From the NCBI GenBank assembly GCA_963770895.1, contig CAVYRF010000002.1:4384001-4448000 (forward strand): a DNA stretch of 64,000 nucleotides, read 5' to 3'. The notes beneath the pieces were generated by a model. It had not been told where the DNA came from. It searched no databases and was given only the letters and a program-made list of their open reading frames with translations. The number at the start of each line of letters is the position of its first letter. Positions within the stretch are counted from its first letter, which is position 1. This stretch comes from an uncultured Acidobacteriota bacterium (GTDB lineage: Bacteria > Acidobacteriota > Thermoanaerobaculia > Multivoradales > UBA5704). Shown piece by piece: positions 18,578-27,137 of the stretch. A program made the translations under genes and the position numbers.

Positions 18578-18936
18578 CGGCCTCGACCGGACGGCCCGCG
18601 GCACTGGGGCGAGCTGGCGGTGGGCGGACGGGGAGACTGGTGGGCGGCGGGTCGGGGGTCGGCGGAGATGGGGGTGGGAGGGTGTTGCGCCGGCGCTGGT
18701 GGCGCGGGCGGGTTTTTGGCGGCCGGGCTGGCGGGAGGTTAGGTCGAGGAGCAAGCCGGCGGGGTTTCAGTTCGCAGGGCTGGCTGTTGCGCGAGCGCGC
18801 ACCGCGGGCTCAGGGTTTGGCGAGTGCGCGGTGGAGTAGGCAATGATCCCGCTGGGGCAGGCGGATGAATTTGGCGCTGGGGCCGGGGTGAGAAGCGCAC
18901 GGGGGCCGGGGTGCGCGCGAGGCCGGGCCGCCGTCA

Positions 18937-19008
18937 CTTGACAACTGCAGCCGCTACCTGCTGGCGCTGCACCTGGCGCCGAGCTTCGATGACGCCGCGC
19001 TGATTTGA
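18937..19008 (+). pseudogene. Tiny DDE/rve transposase-like remnant
   Basis: Reads LDNCSRYLLALHLAPSFDDAALI*, resembling the D-x-x-SR motif of IS3/IS481 integrase cores. Confidence 0.3.
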
Positions 19009-19048
19009 TCGCCGCCGCGTTCGATCATATGGCTCCGTGCCTGCTCGC

Positions 19049-19522
19049 TCATTCAGCGTCAACAAGGGGGATGAGGAACGTGTAGAGCGCCAACAACATG
19101 GCGCCGTATGCCGGCTGATACCAGCTGATGTTGTGCGCCGTGAACGGCTCACCAAGAGAAATAGCCCAAACAGCGAAGGCACCAGTGCCGATCACTACCT
19201 GTCTCCACTTCGTAATTTTAGCGATTCTGATCTGCCATGGGATTGTAATCACCCACACAACCACAAACACAATCCAGTAGATGGTCTCGATCGGCGCCGG
19301 AGGTTGTAGCAGTGCCACGAATCCCTTTAGCGCCAAATACATCGCGACCACATCTGCTGGGATGTATTTGAGGAGCCGATCCTTGTATTTGTCTTCTATC
19401 GTCCCAGAAGCTGCGAAATCAGGCACCCGCAGTCCTGGCGGCGGAACCGTTTGTAGATTTAATTGCGTCGCTTGCGCACGAGCCTGTACCGCGTCTTTCC
19501 TCGTGACAACTTCTCGCCCCAT
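19049..19522 (-). CDS. Small 4-TM membrane protein (157 aa) with a soluble N-terminal extension
   Basis: GGAGG RBS before ATG 19522. DKYKDRLLKYIPADVVAMY precedes four hydrophobic segments. Confidence 0.85.
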   Translation of the reverse strand: MGREVVTRKDAVQARAQATQLNLQTVPPPGLRVPDFAASGTIEDKYKDRLLKYIPADVVAMYLALKGFVALLQPPAPIETIYWIVFVVVWVITIPWQIRIAKITKWRQVVIGTGAFAVWAISLGEPFTAHNISWYQPAYGAMLLALYTFLIPLVDAE

Positions 19523-19899
19523 GGCGTACCTCCGGTTAGTAGAAGTGGTCGCTGTGCGGCACTCAGCCGGCCAGAGAACCGCTGACATCGATCGACAGTC
19601 AGGCCACCTTGTCAGGGTGACATAGTGCCTCAACTACGAAATAATGAGAGAGCTCATCAACACAGTACTTCCGGTTGCCCCCTGAGCACAAGCCTATGCG
19701 CCAACTGCTATGCATCGACTATTGCTGGCAGGTTTGGATGACAAGTCGGCCAGCCTTACTACGCCCGCCGTCACTGAGAGGCGGTAAACAATGGGGCGTC
19801 GGCCTTGCACTCTTGAGATGGATGGCGGCCATTCAAATGGGCATCGGAAGTCGCACAATCCTGTAATACCCAAAGCAATGTTACACTATACTACGATTT

Positions 19900-21366
19900 A
19901 TGGCTCGATACGTCTTCGCGGTGCGCCGATCGGCTTGGACCGAACTTCACGGAGGCGGCAGGCACGCGCGCGTCTGGTCGGACCTGCTTCCCGAGATTCG
20001 CGGAGGCGACGTGCTGTGCGAGCTCTCCGATAGGGATGGACGCCCTCGACGCCGCGTGATTGTTGAGGCCACCGCGGGAGACGTCGACGCGATTCGCGGC
20101 CGGCTGCCCGTAGACATCGTTGTCGAGCCTGAAGTTCTCCACACCTCGCAGATTCTGGGGCTCGGAGGCGGGAGACACAACGTTACGGTCGTTGGTTCGG
20201 GCGGGCATCCCATTCGCGGAGCGGTAGTTCGCATGACCACTCGAAACTCCTGGGAGCCTGCGGTCGCGCGCACAAACGCAGCTGGACATGCCGAATTGGA
20301 AGTTCGAGGAAAGGGCGTCGCTAGGCTGGAGGTATCTCCAATTCCCGGGCATTGGTCCATCGGCTTGCAGCGCTCGGCTCAACAGCGGGACATAGACCTT
20401 ACGGCGGCTTCATTGCCACCAATGCCGAACGACGGCCTGGGATGGTGGCACCAGGCGGTCGGCGGTGGGTCCATTGGTAGCGAGGCAGCCGGCGGAATTC
20501 GGATCGGAATCATCGATTCCGGCTGTGGACCCAACCCGGCTCTTTCCCACGCCCGAACGCTGGGGAGCTTCGTGGATGGGCGACTGCCGACCGCGGAGGG
20601 CCTCGACGCAAACGAGCATGGGACGCATGTCTGTGGGATCGTCGGAGCACGGCCAACCGGAGGAGCTGGTTTCGTTGGCTTGGCGCAGGCTGCTGAGATG
20701 GTGGTAGCTCGGGTGCAACAGCCCGGTCAGCTTGTCAGCGACGCGGACATGGCGAACGCGGTAGATGCGATGGCAGACGAGCAGGTCGATCTCATAAACA
20801 TGAGCCTTGGGGCTAAGCGCGAATCAGTGCAACTCATCGACAGCATCATCGACGCGTGGACTCGAGGCACGGTATGCTTTGCAGCGGCCGGCAACACCGG
20901 CGACGATGTGCTATGGCCAGGCCGCCACGAAAGGGTTGTGGCGGTGACAGCTGTGGGGCGGCGCGGGGTAGCGCCGCCGGGAACCCTCAGCGCGAGCCGG
21001 CTGCTGAGGTGTCTTGGCGAAGATGTGAACAACAACTTGGTGTTCCCCGATTTTTGTTGTCGCGGGCTCGGAGTAACCTGCTGTGCGCCGGGGGTCGCGA
21101 TTATCTCTACGATTCCGGTCGAGGGCGCCGGTCAGATTCCTCCCCTGGCTGGCTGGGCGGATATGGATGGTACGTCGATGGCCAGCCCGGTGGCCCTTAG
21201 CGTGCTCGCCGCGGTCCTCGGCAAAGACAAGAAGTTTCTCCGAATGTCGCGTGACGAAGATCGGGCCCAATATGCATGGGACCAGCTTGAGATGCACTGC
21301 GTGCCCACTACGCTCGACCAGGATTTCCAGGGGAACGGAATCCCTATGGTCAACTTGCCATATTAG
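19900..21366 (+). CDS. Cytoplasmic S8 subtilase with N-terminal prodomain-like and beta-sandwich domains
   Basis: IGIIDSG (Asp), HGTHVCG (His), AAAGN (oxyanion Asn) and DGTSMASP (Ser). No signal peptide. TATACT lies 7 nt before the ATG (possibly leaderless). Confidence 0.92.
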   Translation: MARYVFAVRRSAWTELHGGGRHARVWSDLLPEIRGGDVLCELSDRDGRPRRRVIVEATAGDVDAIRGRLPVDIVVEPEVLHTSQILGLGGGRHNVTVVGSGGHPIRGAVVRMTTRNSWEPAVARTNAAGHAELEVRGKGVARLEVSPIPGHWSIGLQRSAQQRDIDLTAASLPPMPNDGLGWWHQAVGGGSIGSEAAGGIRIGIIDSGCGPNPALSHARTLGSFVDGRLPTAEGLDANEHGTHVCGIVGARPTGGAGFVGLAQAAEMVVARVQQPGQLVSDADMANAVDAMADEQVDLINMSLGAKRESVQLIDSIIDAWTRGTVCFAAAGNTGDDVLWPGRHERVVAVTAVGRRGVAPPGTLSASRLLRCLGEDVNNNLVFPDFCCRGLGVTCCAPGVAIISTIPVEGAGQIPPLAGWADMDGTSMASPVALSVLAAVLGKDKKFLRMSRDEDRAQYAWDQLEMHCVPTTLDQDFQGNGIPMVNLPY

Positions 21367-21403
21367 GCCACTTTTGGTATCCCACCAGGGCCCGGCGCGC
21401 TGT

Positions 21404-21432
21404 TTGCATGCCGCCAAGTCGTTGGGTATGAT
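21404..21432 (+). promoter_or_regulatory. Sigma70-type leaderless promoter for the 78-aa gene
   Basis: TTGCAT (21404-21409), 17 bp spacer, TATGAT (21427-21432), 7 nt, then ATG 21440. Confidence 0.6.
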
Positions 21433-21439
21433 AATGGGC

Positions 21440-21676
21440 ATGGAGCGATATGTCATCGCGGTTAGGCGAGACCACCGGCAGACCGTCAAGTTGTCCGACG
21501 CTCTGAATCGGTTGTCGGGAGTCCACGGTTACAACGTCGTTGGCACTGTTCAGGGTGTGCGGACGGTGATTCAGGCTGATGATGACGCTGCCATCCGCAT
21601 CAAACAATTGCTAAGAGACTGCTGCTACGTGGAACGAGAGGTTCTGCATACTCCGCAAGTTAACTCCTGTCGATAG
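21440..21676 (+). CDS. Stand-alone paralog of the subtilase N-terminal (prodomain/I9-like) domain, 78 aa
   Basis: MERYVIAVRR...RTVIQADDDAAIRIKQLLRDCCYVEREVLHTPQ aligns with subtilase residues 1-84 MARYVFAVRR...RVIVEATAGDVDAIRGRLPVDIVVEPEVLHTSQ. Confidence 0.85.
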   Translation: MERYVIAVRRDHRQTVKLSDALNRLSGVHGYNVVGTVQGVRTVIQADDDAAIRIKQLLRDCCYVEREVLHTPQVNSCR

Positions 21677-21870
21677 AATTCTCCCTATTCCAGGGCGACC
21701 GCAGCCAGATCCTCATGCCATCGTCGAGGCCAGATGGTCGGCGTTCATACTGCAGCCCTCGCCCATCTGCACCGGTTGCTGCCGGTCGAGAGTGCCGCGC
21801 AGGGTGACCTCCGGCGCTTGCCTGTTGGGCCGCTCACGATGCGGGCAGCCTCGTTGCCGCTGACGAAGAC

Positions 21871-22112
21871 TGCGTATTCCGACGAAAATCAGCCACGGTT
21901 CCGGAGCAAATCCTGCCAGGGTTCCGGGCGGAATCCAGCCACCATTCCGACGCCAGGAAGCCAAAGACGGGAATGACGTAAAGCCTGTGGAATCTGCTGG
22001 AAAGCCTCCACCTACCCCCGCCCGCCTTCCCACAGATTCAACAGGCTCGACGACGACGGCAGGGTGGCTGGTTGAACGTCGGAATGGGTGGCCGGCTTCG
22101 TCGGAATACGCA
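21871..22112. mobile_element. Non-autonomous IS21-type MITE (242 bp) with 8-bp TSD
   Basis: 16-bp perfect terminal IR TGCGTATTCCGACGAA / TTCGTCGGAATACGCA. Flanking direct repeat ACGAAGAC (21863-21870 and 22113-22120). Internal ~22-23-bp TTCCG...GCCA repeats at both ends. Confidence 0.9.
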
Positions 22113-22342
22113 ACGAAGACCACGTCCGTCGGGCGGCGATCGATTTGTCAGGCGCGTAGCGGCGGAGCGGTTCTACCAGCTCGGCCCTCGCTCGGTGCTC
22201 AGTAGTGCCGGACCTGTCGAGCTGTTCGGCACAGCCGGCCGCTCGCGCGAGCCGGAGAAGGCGGGGGTGGTGTCACCGATCGCTCTAAATTCCCCCCGTG
22301 CGATCAGCTAATTGTCCCCCCTCCTGCGACCGACGAGGGAGC

Positions 22343-23662
22343 ATGATGGACAACGAGTGCGAAGTAGGGATGCTTGCCGTGGCGCCTGAAGGCGCCGCGG
22401 AGGCGCCAGTTGTGATTGAGGAAAACGTCTGGGGTGCGGTTCGGGCTCTTCGCGAGCGTGGATCGAGCAAGAAGGCGATTGCGCGGGAGCTTGGACTGGA
22501 CATCAAGACGGTCCGCAAGTGGCTGGGGCGGGAGTGGCGGGCGCAGCAGAGGCGCAAGCGAGGCGGGATTCTGGAGCCCTGGGGAGAGTTTCTCCGGGGC
22601 CGAGCTCCCGAGGTGGGCTTCAACGGGTCGGTGTTGTACCGGGAGCTGGCGTCTTTGGGCTACGCAGGGTCGTACCCGACCGTGGTGCGTCATCTGCGGC
22701 CGCTGCGGGAGCAGCAGCGGCAAGACGAGCTTTCGACGTTGCGGTTCGAGACGGACCCCGGCAAGCAGGCGCAGGTGGATTGGGGGTCTTGCTGGGTCTG
22801 GCTCGGCGCGGAGCGGTTGCGGGTTCACCTGTTCGTCATGGTTCTGGGCTACAGCCGTCGGATCTTCGCCTGGGGCTACCGCGATGAAGGGCTCAGCGCT
22901 CTGCTCGATGGCCATGCTCGCGCCTTCGCCCACTTTGGTGGCCGCACAGCGACGATCTTGTATGACAACCCGCGGACCATCGTGCAGGAGAAGGACGAGG
23001 CGTCGGGGTGGGTGAAATGGAATGCGACATTCAAGGATCGGATGGATTTCTACGGTGTCGAGATCCGGCTTTGCCGGTACTACCGAGCCCGCACCAAGGG
23101 CAAAGTGGAGAGCGGGGTCAAGTACGTCAAGCGCAACGCCCTGGCAGGGCGGCGTTTTAGCGACCTCGAAGCGCTCAATGCGGGACTTGGGGAGTGGTCG
23201 GCGGCGGTGGCGGACCAGCGCATCCACGGCACGACGCACGAGCGGCCAGCAGAGCGGTTTGCTCGCGCTGAGGCGGCGGAGCTGATTGCCGTCGACGCCC
23301 GGCCGCCGGCGCCTCGCGAGCGGATGACGACGCGAGTGGTGCCGCGTGACGGACTGGTCGCCGTCGAAGCCAACCGCTACCCAGTGCCGTTGAGCTGGGT
23401 CGGCCTTGAGGTCCGCGTCCATCTGCTGGCCGAGGAGGTACTACTCGGACGCGACGGCGAGGATCTCATCCGCCATCTACGTCTTGTCGGCAAGCATCGA
23501 GTGGCTCGCTGGAATGGGCCGCCGCGCAGTGCGAGTCCACTGGCAGCTGCGGCGGCGGGAGGCCCCCCGCAGTTGGACCCGGCCTACCTTGGCCTCGCCG
23601 GTGAGGTGCAGGTGCGTCCCTTGGGCTTGTACGAGGCGATCGCTGCGGGGATGGGCCGATGA
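22343..23662 (+). CDS. istA: IS21 transposase IstA
   Basis: HTH (IARELGLDIKTVRKWL), RFETDPGKQAQVDWG, YDNP, KGKVESGVKYVK and RIHGTT. Confidence 0.96.
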   Translation: MMDNECEVGMLAVAPEGAAEAPVVIEENVWGAVRALRERGSSKKAIARELGLDIKTVRKWLGREWRAQQRRKRGGILEPWGEFLRGRAPEVGFNGSVLYRELASLGYAGSYPTVVRHLRPLREQQRQDELSTLRFETDPGKQAQVDWGSCWVWLGAERLRVHLFVMVLGYSRRIFAWGYRDEGLSALLDGHARAFAHFGGRTATILYDNPRTIVQEKDEASGWVKWNATFKDRMDFYGVEIRLCRYYRARTKGKVESGVKYVKRNALAGRRFSDLEALNAGLGEWSAAVADQRIHGTTHERPAERFARAEAAELIAVDARPPAPRERMTTRVVPRDGLVAVEANRYPVPLSWVGLEVRVHLLAEEVLLGRDGEDLIRHLRLVGKHRVARWNGPPRSASPLAAAAAGGPPQLDPAYLGLAGEVQVRPLGLYEAIAAGMGR

Positions 23663-24483
23663 GCGGCTTGGCGATCGAACAGGTCCAGGAACAGATGCGG
23701 CAGCTCAAGCTGGTGCGCACGGCTGCCGCACTGCCCCTGTTGGTGCAGGATGCGAGCAAGCGCGAGTCGAGTTACACCGATTTCCTCGAGGACCTGCTGG
23801 GCCGGGAGCTATCGGCCAAGCAGGAGCGCCATACGGCGATGAAAACGACGATGGCTCGCTTCCCGTTCCACAAGAGTCTTGAGAGCTTCGACTTCAAGTC
23901 TCAGCCTTCGATCGAACCGAAGGTGATCAAGGAACTCGCCACTGGCCGCTTCATCGCCGACGCCGACAATGTGCTGCTGCTCGGCCCTCCTGGGGTCGGC
24001 AAGACTCACTTGGCGGTGGGCCTCGGATTGCGCGCCTGCGCTTTGGGCTACCGGACCGCTTTCATCACCGCCGCCGGTCTGATCGCAAGCTTGACGCGAG
24101 CGCACAACGACAACCGCCTGGAAGAGAAGCTCAAGCTGCTCGTGCAACCCAAGCTATTGATTTTGGACGAGATCGGGTATTTGCCCATGGAGAGGCTGGG
24201 CGCCAACCTGTTCTTCCAACTGGTTTCCCGGCGCTATGAGCGAGGCTCCATGCTGATCACCTCCAACCAGAGCCTCGCCGGCTGGGGCCAGGTCTTCGGC
24301 GACCAGGTGATCGCCACGGCCATCCTCGACCGGCTCCTCCACCATTCGACAATCCTCAACATCAAGGGGGAGAGCTACCGTCTCAAGGAGAAGCGGAAGG
24401 CCGGTCTGCTGACCCGCAGCGAACCCTTCACTGCGGCGGCCGCGGCCGCCGCCTCCAGCGGCGGGGAAGACTCTCCGGCGTGA
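23659..24483 (+). CDS. istB: IS21 helper ATPase IstB
   Basis: GPPGVGKT, LLILDEIGY, ITSN and AILDRLLHH. ATGA overlap with istA. Confidence 0.97.
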   Translation: MSGLAIEQVQEQMRQLKLVRTAAALPLLVQDASKRESSYTDFLEDLLGRELSAKQERHTAMKTTMARFPFHKSLESFDFKSQPSIEPKVIKELATGRFIADADNVLLLGPPGVGKTHLAVGLGLRACALGYRTAFITAAGLIASLTRAHNDNRLEEKLKLLVQPKLLILDEIGYLPMERLGANLFFQLVSRRYERGSMLITSNQSLAGWGQVFGDQVIATAILDRLLHHSTILNIKGESYRLKEKRKAGLLTRSEPFTAAAAAAASSGGEDSPA

Positions 24484-25154
24484 CGAGCTGTGGCCTATGG
24501 ATCCTGCCGGAGCTGTGGAAAACGCCCAAAAGCGGCGTTTCCCACAGCTCCTTGGACGGCGCAAACAGCGCGCCGCCCACAGGCCCCACAGGCCCCACAG
24601 GCCCGACGACGACGGGCACAACCAACCAAGGAGGGGGGGACAATTAACTGATCGCGGGGGGGGAATTTAGGGTGATTCTTGACAGGTGGCTGCGGTGTGA
24701 CTTTCCGGGAGGTAGGAAGTTGGGAAATCCTGACACGGCTGGGCGCGCCCAAGCAGCGAGCCGCCGCGAACCGGGGTCGCTCCGTACCGGGATGCCCGCG
24801 AGAGCATGCGGCGCGAGGGTACTGCCGGATGCACCTCCTCCGGGCGTATCGGCATGGCGAGCCTGGGCCGGCGGCGCCGCTCCGCAAGAGATGTGGCTGA
24901 GAGGGGTTCGAGAAATGGGGCCGGGCGGCAGGGGGAGAAGCTGGTCACGCTTGACGGTCAGGTAGATCCCCCCCGCGGCCCGCACCTGCATTGTGGCTGC
25001 GGAGCGGGCGGGCTGGATCCATTGCGCAGCGATGCCTTGCTCGAAGGTCGCTCTGCGCGGCCAATTCTCTTGCAGGGATCTTGCAGGCGCGACCTCTGGC
25101 CCTGCGCCGCGCCCGGAACTGTTTGCCTAATCGACTGATTTTGTTGGGTTTAAT

Positions 25155-25231
25155 TGGTCGGGACGCCGGGATTTGAACCCGGGACCCCCTGAACCCCATT
25201 CAGGTACGCTACCAGACTGCGCCACGTCCCG
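25155..25231 (-). tRNA. tRNA-Pro(GGG)
   Basis: Reverse complement CGGGACGTGGCGCAGTCTGGTAGCGTACCTGAATGGGGTTCAGGGGGTCCCGGGTTCAAATCCCGGCGTCCCGACCA folds as a cloverleaf with anticodon GGG and encoded CCA. Sits in the usual ihfA-merR-tRNA-Pro order. Confidence 0.97.
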
Positions 25232-25242
25232 ACCGGACTGCT

Positions 25243-26574
25243 CTACTGCGGGGTCTTCGAATCGAGGAGGGCAAGAATCTCGTGGGCTGACTGGAGAGCC
25301 TTGTGTATCCCCTTGCGGAGGGTTTCTATCTGCTTGGCGGCTTCGGTGTCAAGGTTGGCGGGGGTTGAGGCGGTTGCGGCTGGGGCGATGTGGGGGGCGC
25401 TGGGCGTTGCTGCGGCTGCGCCGGTTGCGGTGGCGGGTGACTCTGCGCCTGGACGTTTGGCGGCTTGGGCTGGCAGGGAGAGGGTCAGGGCGCCTTGCGC
25501 GGGGGATTGCGATCCGGGCTGTGCGGGGCTGATGGAGGCGACGCCGGCGGGGCTGGTGGAGGCGCTTGCTGGGCGGTTTCCGATCGACGGCTCGCCGGAG
25601 AGGATTGCGGGTGCGGGTGACGCTTTGGCGTTGACGACGGCGGGAGCGGCGGCGGCATCAGGAAAACTGCTTGAGGCGGGAGTGGCCGCGGTGAAGGCGG
25701 CGGTTCCGGCAGGCGCGGCGGCCGGTTGGGGTGTGGCTGCCGCGTTCGGTGCGGTGCCGTTGCCCTGGCCTGCCGGTTTTGTGGCGGATGGGGCGGTGGT
25801 CGCAGGCTGGCCTGATGAGGGCTTGGCGACGGGCGCGCCGTTGCCGGACGGGACGGCTGGGCTGCTGGCCTTGGCGGCGGCCTCGATGGTCGGGGGTTGG
25901 CCGGATGGCCTGGCCGTGGCCGCGCCGCTGCCGGGCATGGCGGGTGGGCTGTCGGGCTTGGTGATGGCTACGGCACCTGCGGGCCGGGTCGCGGCGGCCG
26001 GGCCGTCGTCGGGGTCCGTGGTGGCCGCGGCGGCATCAGGCGCATGGGTGTCGACCGCGGCGTCGGCCGGACGGCCTGCCGCGTCGGTGGCGGTGGCTCG
26101 GCTGGCGGCGGCCGTGGCGTTGGACGACGCTCGGCGGGCGGCAGCGGCGGCAACCGCGGCGGCGTTGGCGGCGGGCGCCGGCGTGATGGCTGGGGCCGGG
26201 CCGGGTGCTGCTTGGGCGGCGCTGGTGCCGGGATCGGCCTGGTCTTCAGCCGGATCGGCGGTGGCGAGGGGCGCGGCGGTGTTGGCGGTGGCGGCGCCGG
26301 GGTCGCCCAGGGTGCCGGTGGCGAGCTCGGTTTCCAGCTTCTTTTTGGCTCCGGCGATGGTGTAGCACTCGTCGTAGAGGAGCTGTTTGATGCGGCGGAT
26401 GATCTCCAGCTCTTTTTCGCTGTAGACGCGCTGGCCGGAGCGGCTTTTGCTGGGGCTCAGGGCTGGGAATTCGGTTTCCCAGAAGCGCAGGACGTAGGGC
26501 TGGATGCCGAGGGCTTTGCAGGCCTCGCCGATCTTGTAGTAGAGGCGCCTCTGGACGCGGGCCTTCGCCGCCAT
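25243..26574 (-). CDS. MerR-family transcriptional regulator with a very long Ala/Pro/Thr-rich insertion
   Basis: YYKIGEAC...[24 protein letters not shown]...[16 protein letters not shown], then ~330 aa of low complexity and a short C-terminal helix. Confidence 0.88.
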   Translation of the reverse strand: MAAKARVQRRLYYKIGEACKALGIQPYVLRFWETEFPALSPSKSRSGQRVYSEKELEIIRRIKQLLYDECYTIAGAKKKLETELATGTLGDPGAATANTAAPLATADPAEDQADPGTSAAQAAPGPAPAITPAPAANAAAVAAAAARRASSNATAAASRATATDAAGRPADAAVDTHAPDAAAATTDPDDGPAAATRPAGAVAITKPDSPPAMPGSGAATARPSGQPPTIEAAAKASSPAVPSGNGAPVAKPSSGQPATTAPSATKPAGQGNGTAPNAAATPQPAAAPAGTAAFTAATPASSSFPDAAAAPAVVNAKASPAPAILSGEPSIGNRPASASTSPAGVASISPAQPGSQSPAQGALTLSLPAQAAKRPGAESPATATGAAAATPSAPHIAPAATASTPANLDTEAAKQIETLRKGIHKALQSAHEILALLDSKTPQ

Positions 26575-26601
26575 CTGGGGTGCTCGAAGCGGGGGTTACC
26601 C

Positions 26602-26916
26602 CTAGCCGCGGGAGTCTCCGGGGACGTCTTTGAGGCGGCGGGCGGGGCGGAAGCTGAGGCCGCGGTGGGGCGGGATGAAGATCCGCTCGCCGCTGACCGG
26701 ATTGACACCGGTGCGTCCGGGACGGTTGGTGATCTCGAAGGTGCCGAAGTTCTTGATGCGCACGGTCCGGCCTTCGCCCAGGGAGGTCTTGACGGTCTTG
26801 AAGATCACTTCGACGATCTCGGCCGCTTCGTTCTTGGTCAGCCCCCCGTGGCGGTCGTAGACCACGTCGACCAGGTCGGCTTTGGTCATGCCGGAGGGTA
26901 GCTTTTTCGGCGTCAT
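26602..26916 (-). CDS. ihfA: Integration host factor alpha / HU-family DNA-binding protein
   Basis: MTKADLVD...VRIKNFGTF...RTGVNPVSGERIFIPP..GLSFRP. Located upstream of merR and tRNA-Pro. Start is 26916 or 26889. Confidence 0.8.
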   Translation of the reverse strand: MTPKKLPSGMTKADLVDVVYDRHGGLTKNEAAEIVEVIFKTVKTSLGEGRTVRIKNFGTFEITNRPGRTGVNPVSGERIFIPPHRGLSFRPARRLKDVPGDSRG

Positions 26917-27137
26917 AGGCGCATTTGACCTGGAAGTCTCCAATCGTACCTGAAAACCCGACTGAAACCGAGCGCTGAGTATATGGAGTTCGGCGACGCC
27001 CGACAAGACCGCGGGAGCGCGGTTAGGGGGGTGCCAAAGAGGGGTGGTGCAAGTGGCGACGGAGGCCAGCGGTGGGTGCGTGCAGCGCGCGCCCGGCGTG
27101 GTAGCGGGACGGGGTATGCGGTGGGGGGGCGACGGGC

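Larger units (their letters stand above)
22271..24684 (+). mobile_element. Complete IS21-family insertion sequence (2414 bp)
   Basis: TG...CA ends, ~54-bp imperfect IRs (TGTCA..CTAAATTCCCCCC..GCGATCAG.TAATTGTCCCCCCTCC), 5-bp TSD GGTGG (22266-22270 and 24685-24689), istA-istB inside. Confidence 0.96.

Noticed and set aside
21871-21960. ~22-bp periodic repeats as a possible mini-CRISPR
   Set aside because: No unique spacers and no cas genes; the repeats sit inside IS21-type ends and match transposase-binding arrays.
24945-25199. ORF MGFRGSRVQIPASRP...
   Set aside because: It is a translation of the tRNA-Pro sequence and its flank.
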